Below are positions 35,401 through 48,740 of a DNA stretch of 64,000 bases, in pieces. The notes beneath the pieces are model-generated. The model was given only the letters and a program-made list of their open reading frames with translations, did not search any database and had not been told where the DNA came from. The position numbers were made by a program, and so were the translations under genes. The DNA comes from Daphnia carinata (taxonomy: Eukaryota). Each line of letters starts with the position of its first letter. Within the stretch, counting starts at the first letter, position 1. The stretch is taken from the NCBI RefSeq assembly GCF_022539665.2, contig NC_081333.1, forward strand, positions 9,486,001 through 9,550,000. The letters run 5' to 3'.

Positions 35401-38400
35401 CTTTTTTGTTTGTATCTGGCATTTTCACGCTAGGCATCTTGCAATAATTCGATAATCTTCTGCCATTTTTAAATATTATATGGAGCTATAAGATTAATGG
35501 GCTTTTTTTTCAATCTTTCATTTCTCATTAATTGTTTGAAGAACGCATTTCACCAGAAATAGGAGAAATGTATCTATCTGATCAATTTGAAAGCCGTTCT
35601 GGAGGATATTTATTACCTTTAAATAATGACCTTGTCTGATCTTTTATGCCCCGCCTCTTTGCAGTGGCTGCTGACAAACGACGGTATTCCCCTCCGCTCC
35701 TATCAGACAGTAAGAAATTATTAATAACAGTATAAAGAATTGATTCGTTAGTATCAAGTCAGCCGATGCTGTTGGAATCAATGTCCAATAAGCTTCACTT
35801 GAACTCCCGGAGCTCTGGGCTACTTGCAACGAACGAAATAACTATGCGAACCTTCCGCTTGCAGCTCGAACTTTTAATTGTGAAGCGTTTATTTCCCTCC
35901 TTGTAAAAGTTTTTCTTTCCCTCTCATAACTGCGAACAATCCTTTTATTTTTTTTTTCGAAGCCAAGAATCACGAGATGATGATCTGGCACTTATTTTTT
36001 GGCAAAAACAACTACGAAAAATGCGTCCGATCCTACAAAGGCGTTACACACGAACGTATTTTTAGTATGGGTACAAAAGCAAACAAAAACAAAAGATTGA
36101 TAATAAATAAACAAGCATGTCTGGAAAAGTCAGCAAATGCTTTTGCAAAGTGCTTCTGTGCAATTGGACGCCTGCCAGCAACGCTAATTTCTTAACCAAG
36201 AAAAAAAATGTGGAGCTCTTCCCTTCTTGCTGTGTGTATGTGTGTTGGGTGTAGTCAAAAACCATTTGCGGGGCTCATTATGGCCCAAATGCACAGCGGC
36301 CGTGATCCTACGTTAATAGAGCCAAGTGATTTTCAAATTGATGTTGAACATCGCGTTCTAAAAAAAAAAAAAAGAAATCTGTTGTTGCAGATTAACTCGA
36401 TTGCAATGGGATTGGTTTTAACTTGAACGTTTTCCTTCTTTGCTGGTCCCGGTACTTCAATTTTTTTTAATTATTCACGTACGTGAATAATAACGATGAT
36501 AATAGGGTGATTAGATCGCCCTGTTTTGAATATGAAAGGCAACATCTATGTACATTTGGATGAAATAGAGTAGTCGTCCTCCCCCTTCAATCACTTCACT
36601 ATCTCATTGATAGTATGGTAATTTTGTGTGTTTGACGTGCGCAGTTTGAAATGAGTGCTACTTCCTACCAATAGATAAGTATAGATAACCAGGCAAATCA
36701 AATAACTTTTTACCGTAACACTAAAGCGATTTGTGCAAAGCGAACGATAAAAACAAGAGAAACGAAAGTGGCGTTGAGACGTTGATCTTACCGGTGAGTT
36801 CAACCGGCTATAATAGAACTATAGCTCCAACACACACACACACACACACAAAAACAATAAATGCAATAGAGATAGGGAGAGAATTCCCGAGCTTTGATAT
36901 ATGTGAAAAAACTTTTCAAGGAATCTTTATTGACAGGGGGGGGGGGGGATAAGTGATGTATGTTTCTTTTATATCGAGGAAAGGTAAAAACGTAGACGCA
37001 AAATTGGGTAGACTTTTGCTCCGGATGCGATCCGGTACAACCCACAGGAATGGGAAGCGATAAAAAAAAGGAAAAGAAAAGGGAATCTTCTTTTTTTTTT
37101 TTTTTTTTTTTATTGGGAAAAACAGCTAAGAGCTATGCGACAAGGACTTCCAACCGCTGTGTTTTCGATCGGTGTGGTCGTTATACCCTGTCTCCTCGTT
37201 GCATGGATCAATATCAGAACATGACAAAAAAAAAGGAAAAAGGTCTAAAAGTAAAAGAGGAAGAGGGATGATGCGTATGTGAACTAACAAACAAAAAAAG
37301 ACGGACTAGGCCAGCTGACGGTCCAACATGCAAACTCTTGTCTATCAAAAGATATAGGGTAATATTTCGCAGGCCTTCTCTCTCTCGTTCTCCTGTTGTA
37401 GATGTGTTTGACTAAAGATCCGTTCCCGAAAATCCTCTTGTACATCGGTAGTCGTCATTCGTCGGTAATCAAATATGGACTAGTTGGATTGAATGCAGTT
37501 ACCATCCGCTTAGCAGCTGGAAGAGTATAGCGCCCTTTGCCCTACGTGTAATCCCTCTTCGCGATTGAACACGGGGTGGAACGCACACACAAAAAAAAAT
37601 AGAAAAGTTTGTAATAAGCAGCTGCGACGTTGATGATAAACGGCTGGCTAAAAAAAAAGCAACTACTTTAATCGAAGAGAAATAGTGTCCAATCAAGGCT
37701 TTGTCGTTGGGCTTGTTGCTATCACTTGAAAACAGGAACCAGACGATGATTATTTGGCCAATCGTTTTTTTTTTTTTTTTTTTTTTCGTACGTGGCTGCT
37801 TATAATATTTTGCGTAATGAAATAAAAGAATCGGTAACTATGGCCGACACAGTCGAAATTGATTGTATTGCATTTTACCTTTGGCCGGCGTGCCGAACTT
37901 TGAGCTTTCTGTTATTTATAATTATTTTCTATCAAATTGCGCTAGTGTTAGATAAGTTAGACAATGACGTATCTGGAATGTGGTCATTTCCTTTTTTAAA
38001 TTTCTGTATTGAGATTGGAATGTTTAAATTGTGTGACATGGTCTAATTGTCAATTGCTGGTTAGTTTCCATTTTGATCGAAAGCAAAAAAAACTGGCGGT
38101 TTGGGTTTCTCGGCGTGATTCAACAGATAGGATCGTGGCCAAAAAAAAAACGGCGTTACGTGACTTTTTTCACGTGTACCACGTTGGACGTTTTAACACA
38201 ATAGAGTGTGGGGGGGGGGGGAAGTGGTAGAAAAATTGCAATCAAATGCAATAGCAGAGAAAGACTTTGAAAGTGCAGGTGGTGGTGAAACCAGCCATGC
38301 AATTCGTCCGCAACATGTCGTCAGCCATTCGACGTCATTGAACGAAGGTGGCCTCGCCCATATAATCTGTATTTACATAAGCGTGTATCTGACGACCCGT

Positions 38401-38488
38401 TCGACTCGATTAAATTTTCATTTCAACAAAAAAAAAATTTATTTAGCAGAACTGACTGTCTATTTTTTTTTTTCAGGCATTTCCCTCC

Positions 38489-38519
<31 letters not shown>

Positions 38520-40618
38520 TCTTGTGGTTCGTTGACCTTGTTCAGAAAATTTCTGGATGGTCTTATGATCAGCCGAGCAGAAGCGTCTATCGTGTTCTTG
38601 TCTCTCCGCCCCTCTTTTCCCGTTTGTGGGAGCGGCGATAGGATAATACCGAGTTCTCTGCGTGCAGTGTGCCTGTGTCTGCGTTTATACGTATATCAGC
38701 TGCTCAATTGGCTCATACGCAGTCCAGTCGTTCCCTTCGGGTCCAACCTTCAAAATACTCGTTCCACAACTTTCCTTCCTTGTTTTCTTTGTTTTCTTTT
38801 CTCTTTCATTTTTGCGCTGGTGCAGCCTTCTTCGTGATATTTAAAAATCGTGAATCCCGAGTAAAGAAAGAAACGAAATTCTTATTTGCCATTCATTTGT
38901 TCCGAGTGGCCCGATACTCGTCCATTGTGGATGAATCCTTCCGGCAATCGTCGTAGTGTCCCAAGCAAAGTTTACGGGAGAACTAACCCGGTGTTCAACA
39001 GGTGGTACTCGGTGTGCACGAAGAATAGTTTGTTTGACGTGACTAGTTGTTCCAATTGGCTGCTGGTCAAATGGCCTCAGCTGACGCGTCCGAATCCAAG
39101 ACCCACCTGGGCAAACGCGGGGTAAGAGTCGAACGATGTCGATCTGAATTTTTCAAATTCCAGAAACAAACGTCGTTAATCGATGCAAATATGTTTTGCA
39201 TAATAGATTTTTCTTTTTTTTTTCTTTCAAAACAAAACTCGTTTCATTCATTTTATTTTTCAAAAATTTTTCGTGTGTGTGTTTGAAATTGTTGTACGTT
39301 GTGCCTGTCGTTGTGTGATTTGCTGCATCCCCGCTCTTTTCGCTCCCGCACGGTTCCTCCAGAACACAAAATCCTAGCATCGGCTGATCGTCCATCCCAA
39401 CGTTTGCAATGACGTCTCCTTTTTAAACAAAAAAAAAAAAGCATGCACACACAGAAATAAAACGTAATGAAATCTAGACGCTTCCCTGAAAATAGTCCCC
39501 GTCCAATTTAGACCACATGAACAAAGGTATTACATTCTTTAGTATTTTTATTTAATCTGTCGAATGTCTTCGTTCTGTCAATGGCCACGCTTCCCCCCCC
39601 CCCCTTTCTTCTATTCGGCCGTCATCGACCTTCGCTTTTTTTTTCTTTTCCATAATATCACGATCGTGACTAGTAGATTTATTCTATAGCGAATGTCGTC
39701 GTCGCTCTTTTACGATTGAAAAAAAAAAGCTATTAGAGCGCATTTTTTTTTTTGTATCGTCGTCAAATCCTTTACTGATCTTTCCTACTCTTTTTTTCCC
39801 TTTTTATCCGGTTCTGTTATGGACCGACGCGTTTCCTCTTCATTCGGACCAACTCTTGATCACTTCGGATGTAAAAGCCCCTTCCATTTTTTTTTCTTTT
39901 TGACGATGGGAAGCCATTGTGTTGAGACATTTCTGTATCTGAAGCAAAAACACGTAGCTGTGCAATTTCCTTTTCTATGGCACTCATTTAAAAAAAGAGG
40001 CTCAGAAAAGTCTGTAAAAGATAAAGTGTATTGTATGGGGCTTTGTTTCCGCTTGAATGAAACCCTTTTTTTTTGTTGGTTAACCAGTTAACTCACTTCC
40101 GGCCGATAACGTTTTTTAATTCTGGTTTTTCCATTTCTAAAAAATTGAAAAAAAAACAAAACAAACAAAACAAAACAAATCATTTTTAAAGATTCGCCTT
40201 TGGCCATTGTTTTTGTTTGTTATTGCTAACTTTTGATATTTGATGCTGCTATGGCGACGCATTCCAGAAGCAATCTTCCCATTTAAAAACAAATGTGCGT
40301 AGTTCCTTGTCTCTTTATTCAACAACACACGACCTCATGTTACATCGTCGTTAAGGTCATGTGTGGGGTGCGCCATCCTTCCTTTTATAAATCGCATTTG
40401 TCTTCTTTTTTCTTTTTTTGGAGGGTGGGGTGGGGTGTCCATTAATAGACTGACTAGCGTTTTCTCATGAATAATTCATTTGATTTTTCGTGAATTTTGA
40501 ATTACAGGACGTTGAGCAGGTGCTGGATATCGGGGAAAAGTGCGCGGAAATCGCAGAGCGGTGATGGACTGGCGAACACACGTCGGCATCACAATCAAAT
40601 ATCAAAATCGGCACAATA

Positions 40619-43600
40619 ATGATGGATAACGAGCTGTCGAATCAGGAATTGGTGAAATGCGTCGTGGTCGGCGACACGGCCGTCGGGAAGACGCGCCTCA
40701 TCTGCGCCAGGGCCTGCAATAAGAAGGTCTCGCTCACCCAGCTGCTTAACACGCACGTGCCCACCGTCTGGGCCATCGACCAGTACCGTATCTACAAAGA
40801 GGTGATTGCAGATACGAAATGAAAAAAAAAAAAAGAGAACACCTTCATCTTCACGACGGCCCATTGCGCTTTGATTGTTCCACAAATATCTCCCGGTTTG
40901 TGTTAACGCGTCATCGTGATGACATTTAATGCCCTTTCTTTTTTAAACTCGTGATTTTTGTGGGTTGCTTATTCTTTATCTCGTTGAGAATATTAACACT
41001 GCAATATCAAATGCAAAAGGTGAGTCATAAAAATCACATGATCCGACTTCATTCGATGCGCCCTCGTTTCAGTTTGACACGCGTGATCCTGTTACCTATA
41101 CAATACTGATTTGCCATACCATTTCAAACGCCATGCGCGTAGTACTAGAAACTCGAAATGCCTCCTCCCTTGCTAGTTTTTTGGGTTCGTTGGATTTTCT
41201 CTTAATTTTTATATTTTTTTTATGCTATCCGTCTGCTTTCTAACGATATAAAATTACCATCATCAGCTCTTTTTGTTTTCGGCCGGATCATCGACCACCA
41301 ACCCCTCTCAATCTAATATGCGGATTAGCTCGACATTTGCCCCGATTGCATTCTTATCACGACCTACATGTCGTCAATAGTTCCGCTCGGTTCGCCTCGT
41401 TACACGTGAATGCCTTAAACAAATGTATGTGTTGTCAACGAACATTCTTTTTGCTTGTTCTTCCTTATTTTTTTTTTTTTTGTCTATTTTGCAAAAGGGC
41501 GTCGTCAGGCGAATCGTTTCCGCACTTTAAACACAGCACCCCCCGCTTTTTTTTCATTAGGATTTTGTGGTTACTTTATCGGCTGCAAATTTTCGGACGG
41601 GCGGATAGAATGTCCTCGAATTTTAAGGGACAGACGGGCGGAAAGAAAACGGAGGAATTTATAGACGAAGGTTTCCAAGTGTTTTACAAGAATTTCAAGG
41701 GCACTTGTAAAAACCGACTGCACCTCTGAAAACTATTCCCTTTTCTTTTTTTTTTTTCTCATCTGTTCCCAAGGTTCCAGGATGGTGGATTGACTGGTTT
41801 TGGGGAGCCTTATAATGTTCGTAACCAGTGAGCTAGAACAGTCGATCTCTCGTTTGTTTTTCGAGGCCATGGGGTTGTCGCTCTTTTTCAGTTCCACGAC
41901 GAGGCGTGATTTCTTTCTAGAAAAACAAAAACAAAAGGAAATTATTTTGGTTGTAGCGCGATGTTTCTTCATTTTGCCGCAACAAGGACAGCCCACCAAC
42001 TATTTACAGCCGGTCGTTCTGTGGTCTTTTTAAATCTTGAATTACATTCTTCTTTTTTTTTTGTCGTGCATTGCTGACAGGTCCTGGAACGTTCGTGGGA
42101 GGTGGTAGACGGCGTCAACGTTTCTCTCCGACTTTGGGACACGTTCGGCGACCATGAAAAAGACCGGCGTTTCGCCTATGGAAGGTATACGAAACATCCT
42201 ACACGCTTATAATTAATGACTTGTTTCAACTCCTCTACAGAACATTAGTGTCTTTTAAAATTTGGTTTTAAATATCCAAAGCCGCCGTGCCTTTTCCCTA
42301 TAAGGCGTTGCGTCACGCGCACCTTATGCGTAAAAGGATTTTGCTGATATCCTTCGGTTAGCGACCTTGATGTGTACGAAACCATACATGGTCTCTTTTT
42401 CTATTTTATTTCTATTTTTGTACTTCGTGCGCCTCCCTTTTTGTTTGTTTGTCTTTGATTTGCCAAAACGGATGGATGAGGTGACGTATTTTGATTATCG
42501 CTACTTGTAATCACCGGACTAGCTTATAACTTTGCGGTTAGTCATTCATCTCTGTCTTTAAAATAATTGCTGCGAGAGTAAAAAAAAAAAAATGGATATC
42601 AAATGGCAAAAGAAATTGATCTCGTCACGCAAATTTGTTGTGGTGTATGCCGATGGCAGTTCTCACGTGAGGCCCTTTTTTAAAAATTACCTTTATACCG
42701 AACGGGTATGAAGTCAAGTAGATCTTGACTTTGCGAACGCCTTCCTTTCTATTTGAAGCGATGACGTGGTGAAGTCGATCAAGAAGCACTTCTTAAATGC
42801 ACGAGTCCGCCAACTTAGTATTGATCCATTCCGTCCTTACGTCTGTCGGTTCTGTCCCCCCCCCCCCCCCAATGGGCGGAAAAAAAAGTTTGCCACATTT
42901 CAGTTAAAAAAGCGACTACTTGCACTTTGCAAAAAAAAAACGTATTGGCTGCGCAAAGAAGGCCAGTTCTATGGGAATCAACTGTAACGTTAGCAGATAA
43001 TAACTAGAATACATTTTGGAGGGGGGATTGAATGCTGATTGGAGTCCCATCATTCCAAGAAGGCTCGTAGATGTCGTGATCTAAGAATTTCTTCGATTTC
43101 TTTCAATAAGGCGGAATAAATTTGATCCTATTGTTTATTCGACTCTGTTCCAATCGTTACGTTCAGCCAACAGAGCTAATTTGATTTGTGCCAATCTTTA
43201 TAAACGCTCGAGGCGGCAGCCTGTTAAACTATTTCTGTCGCAAATTGCTGAGGGAAATGCCTGCGCGTCTTGCTCGAACGAAGGGACAGCACAAAAAAAA
43301 AAAAGAAGAAGAAGAAGAGATCAATTTAAGAGTTTGCGGCTTCCGGTTTTTGCTGTAGACTGAAAGCCACAAACAAAAGGCTTCCAGCACGTTCAGACCG
43401 TAAAGGAAGTTCAGCTTTTCACGATACGGCAAAAAAAAAACCCGGGCCGGATGTCGAAGATCCTATTTTTTTTTTTTTCTATTGGTCTGAAATGTTCCGT
43501 CAAAAAAATTTTGGGGTTTCTCCGTGAAACCCTGATGACCTACTAAAAATAATAATGAAATTGCTTATTTTCTTTAATCATTTCGTATTTTTAATTTTAT

Positions 43601-46600
43601 GTGTATGTGTATGGTTTTATCTTGGCTTATAGATCCGACGTCGTTTTGCTGTGCTTCTCCATCGGCAATCCCAAATCGCTGCGCAACTGCAAGGCCATGT
43701 GGCTGCCGGAGATCCGCCGCTTTTGTCCCAACACGCCCGTATTGCTCGTCGGCTGCAAGAACGACCTGCGTTTCATGTACTGCGACGAGACCTACTTGTC
43801 CTATTTCAAGGATCGCAACCCTTTTATGCGGTAAGGCGAGCCATTATAGCTCATCATCCTTTGCGTGCGATGCGCTCTCCACCTTGGACACCTCCAGTGC
43901 TTATCCCGCAGAAGTGGCAAATAACGCCAAATGATGGCGGAAGCAATAAAGTTGAAACGTGAAATTGTTTTGGTAACAATGAGCGGCTAAGATAATGACA
44001 AGCGATGCCACAGTGGATATGTGCCAAGAACAAATGAAAAACAAAAATGTTAAGATATAGGAAGAAAAAAGAAGTTACTTTTGATGAATCCGTATGGATT
44101 GACTAGATGACGTCGGGTGGAGAATTGATTCGAAATCGCCTTGGCAATTGTCCAAATGGTTGTCCCTCTTTCATTATTTTTTTTTTCCGACCCTCATTTT
44201 CCTTCATTTTTTTCTTTGTTTGGCTTCTTTTTTGCCATTTCACTGTTCAACGCATTCCGGTTGCCATGGTGATCAAATGGCTACGCGACTTGCCGGATTA
44301 CATCGGTCTTTGTTTCATTTCTTTTCCTTTATGTGCCGGGCCGATGGAAATCGTGGACGTTGCTTCACTGAAGTAGGCCGACCAAAGAGTGCGACCTCGT
44401 CATGCCGGACCAAGCGAGAGCCATCGCATCCGACCTTGGCCTTCCCTATTACGAAACCAGGTAAATTATCAATCTTCCTTGCATTTTCTGTTTGTTTGTT
44501 TTCGTTGTTATCATTTGTCTTCTTCTCCTTTTAAATCTCGATTGTGTTCAGTGTGTTGACCTATTACGGGGTGAACTCGGTGTTCGAGAATGCCATCCGG
44601 GCCGCTTTGGTCTCCCGACGACAACAGAGGTTTTGGCTGGCCGGTTTCAAACGCGTTCAGCGGCCGTTACTGCAAGTAAAAAATCGACACATTTTACATT
44701 ATCGATCGGAAGAGTAAACTAAATTCTGGTTGTATTCCATGTCAAGGCTCCATTTTGCCCGCCCAAACCGTGCTACCCTGATATGTACGTCTCGGCCAGC
44801 ACTTATTTTGAAAATTTTCAAACACTCTATGCTCGGCAGGTAGAGTAAACGCGAGACATGTTGTTGTTTTATTGATTTCCGTGTCCGCCTCTAGATTGTA
44901 AGTGATGCCTTTTGCGTTTGCGGGCACGCCCACCTCCGTCCTAAATTTTTATTATGGCTGTTATTGTCGTTGTTTTCGTTCAAAAGGCGTACACGGATGT
45001 GATATTCATCACGGGGAGCGTGGGCTTCTCGGCGCATCGGTTCTACATCGCCGCCGCAGCACCTTCCCTGGCCCGGCTCATCGCCACGGCGGCCAATAGT
45101 GATATTAATTGCTCCGATATTGGCACGAGATCCTCCAGCGACTGCAGCATGGTATGCATGGGATTGCGTGAATATTTCTCTATTAATAGCTCAGCCGCCA
45201 ATTTTTCCGCTTGTCATTCGAATAGGTCAGCAGCGTGGGCGATACGTCAGCGTCGGGCGGCAGCAGTTACCACAGCGAAGAGACCGAATGTCTGCTGGAC
45301 GTCGATAGGACGCATTATTTGCGTTTATCTAATCGCATCAAAGAAAAATTAAAACGTCGCTGCAGCTTTCAGGTTTATTTCATCCCTCAAAATCAAGGCG
45401 ATTGATTGACATTTCAAACATTTTGTTTGTAGTTGACTTCTTCTGCCTATACCAACGACCTCCGCTGTCCGCAGTTTAGCCGTGAAATTTACCATCCGGC
45501 TGTCCAGTCGATCAGCGTGGAACAGTGCCAGGGGATGGACCACAGAGGCCGGCCGTGCGTGTCGACGCAGACGGTCGTGACGCTGACCAAAATCGTCACG
45601 CCAAACGCCATGCGCCAATGTTTGTGCTTCATCTACACGGGCCAAATCGACACTCGCCTCTGTCCACTCCAGGTGAGATCATTACATAGATTTCAAATCA
45701 TTTCTCCGTTCATTATAAAAAAAAAATAAAACAAATATCCTTAAAATGTAAATGCCACAGATTTGTTTTCACTTTGATTCGTGATCCTTTATCCCATACA
45801 TTTTGTTTTTTGAAATCCTTCAGTCGCTTCCGATGTCTTTGCTGCTGGTAAGAGCTAAAACGTTGACATATCTTTCGCGATTGGACATTTGGCATGGAGT
45901 CAAGTGTTCGGCCCGTTTATGTTTAATCATTTTTCTTTTCTTTCTTTGAATTTACAATTTAGGAAATTCGACAAGCAGCGGAATTCCTCGACCTTCCCGA
46001 GCTGTTGGCTTTTATCCACAATGTTCACATACACGAAGAGTTCCTCAATAACGATGTACGCCTGCAGTATAGACAGGTTATCTTCTACTCTGCTTCGTTG
46101 ATGTGTCTCTTTTTTAATTACCAAATTCAGTTATTGAATGGCACTGCAAAGCACTGTTTTTTTTAGGCGCAGATTTCAATCATAATCGAAGCTCCAAAAT
46201 GACGGCCATGACCGGCTTTTTTTTTTTTCTCTATCCGTTTCATTTGTAGATGATTCGATCCCGCTTATTGGAACTCAGCTTGAATCAAGGCCTCTACGCC
46301 GACGTGCACTTCCTGCTGGACGATGGCAGTTGCCCAGCTCATCGACCTTTATTGATGGCCCGCTGCGACGTCATGGACGCCATGTTCGCCGGCGATTTCC
46401 GCGAGAGCTCAGCCAAAGTGGCAAGTTCTTTTCTACAAGATTTTCAATATTCGTTTTTCTTTTCTTTTATTTTAATTCTTTCAAAATGAATTTTTCTTCC
46501 CCTATCCATAGGTGCAAATGCCGGGCGTGAGTGAGACCACTTTCCGCCAATTGTTACATTATATCTACACGGACAGGATCCCACCGTTGCAGGCCGTTTC

Positions 46601-47127
46601 CTGTGTGCCATTGGTCGAATTAGCCAATCGTCTTTGTCTCTCTCGTTTGGTCCAGCTGGTCGAAAGTTACATGGTGGCCGAAATGCAGCGAATCGTTGAT
46701 GCAGGCGGCGAAGTCACCATGGAGTGCCTCATGCTCCTCGAGCCTTGTCAAGTACTTCTTTACATTCTGAATATTTAATCGTAGAATTTTACGATGTGAA
46801 ATGTTTTTGGAAAATTAGATTCACAATGCTGACCAGCTGGCCGACTGGTGCCTAACTTACTTGTCGACCAACTACAATACGCTGTGTAGAAAAGCACCAA
46901 AGATTCTCAAGTCGTTGCACTCGGAGAACCAGGCTCACTTGGCGCATCACCGCTGGCCGCCCGTCTGGTACCTGAAAGAGCGCGATTTCTACGACAAATA
47001 TATTGCTGAACGCAAAAAAGAGGAAGGCCTAAGCAAACCTTTGAAACGCAGCAGAAACAATTCGGGTTGCCTCTGTTTTGTTGGCAAGACGAGACGAAGT
47101 GACGACAGCAGCTACCACGCAGTTTAG
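40619..47127 (+). CDS. RhoBTB: Rho-related BTB-domain protein (atypical Rho GTPase plus two BTB domains), multi-exon, starting 40619-40801, 42081-42184, 43633-43830, 44377-44460
   Basis: [47 protein letters not shown] segments ([22 protein letters not shown]), C-terminal [11 protein letters not shown]. Confidence 0.95.
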
Positions 47128-48740
47128 TTTCATCCATAAAAAAAAAAAAGGTTTGCATGGTAAAACAAACAATGACGGTAGTTTTTTTTTTTTTATGATG
47201 CCCTAGCTTGTAATAGCCTAAACAAACGGTTTCTATAAATATCTCAAATATTTTTCGTCTCGTAGCAGTTGACAATGGATCTGTAAAACAGGGGGCGTGC
47301 AAGGCTTATTATCACGCTGTTGCGTGACACGGTTTTCTCGCAAAGCCATTACATTTCATTTTGCCCGATTGTGTGCGGCATGTGTACAGTATCTTTGCGT
47401 GTTTTGGTCAGTGTCGTGGACACGCCTCTCCTCCTTTCCGCCCTCCGGATCGACATCGTGCCCCGACTCCTTTGTTTCCCAAATGAACAACAATAAAAAA
47501 ATCGATATCTCCATAAGGAAAATTACAATAGGATGTAATTTGGGAAAGGGGGGCTTTTACCAACGTCTATTTAATTAATAGAAAAGCTTGTCGCTTTGAA
47601 AGAGATTGAAGTTGGCCGTATTAAGAGCGAGAGATTTCTCGGTATCTGCTTTTTGGCAACCAGTTCAAATCCTTCCCTCGATCGCAAACCGCGTAGCTCC
47701 TTCGCGGTTTCTAATTTCGCAATCAATATTTGATATACAAGTATATATTATGTATATATAGAGATTTGCGCGCGCATTCTATTGCATAACGAACCAAAAA
47801 TAAAAAAAAAACAAACAAACAAAATGGAATAGCGAAACACAAGTTTTAAAAAAGGGAAAAAAAAATCAATGCCGCTGTCTTGTTTCTTTTTTTAATCCTG
47901 CTAATTGAACAGCTTTATCGCATTACATGATCTAGTAAATATAATCCTCCACTTGAGCTCGTCCTCTCTCTGTACTTCATTCCCAGTTACTTGCCCGAGC
48001 GCTTCTTTTCGCTGGATAAAATGTTTAACGTGAATTTCAGCAAGTTTTTTTTTTTTAACATAAAAGACAACGAGTGGAAATACCCTTGATGAAGTAGATC
48101 ATGTTTACAATGTAAGCGCATCCAACCAAAACGTTAAACTTGAATGAAACAAAAGACTGCCAATATTACGTACTACAGCGACCAAATGTTATTGATGAAA
48201 ACTAACATGAGTTCATTTTGTTCTTCAAAGTTTTTTTCATGGTCTTAATAGCCGTGTTCGAATTCGAGTCCTTAAAACAAAAAAAAAATGTCTGTTATTT
48301 CAAGAGAAAAAGATTGTTGCAAATTGCATGTTTTGATTATGATTATGCTTTTTAACTAAGCAAAAGATTATCGTTCAAATTCGTGGTTTAGTGCGCGTTT
48401 TAGTTGTGATGGCTGTCTGTTGTAATAATGTTGATCTACTTGAACTAGATGGTATACGTGCTGATTTTGTTAAATACAGTGCTGATCAATCTTCCCTTAA
48501 CAAAATCTGGCTCGAAAAAAAAAGCAAATGTATTGAGAACATTTGAAAGTGGCGTATAAACAAAATAGCTGAATATTTGGTTTCTTAGATTTCTGGAAGA
48601 GATTGAGACATTGAACTTTCAACCGTTGGACACCCATGTATAATTTTGATTGAACCTTATCAAAGCATTGCAGAATGACAGCTCTGTTTCCAACCGAGTT
48701 CATTGCATACGAACTGATCACGTGATGAACCCGCAATGGC

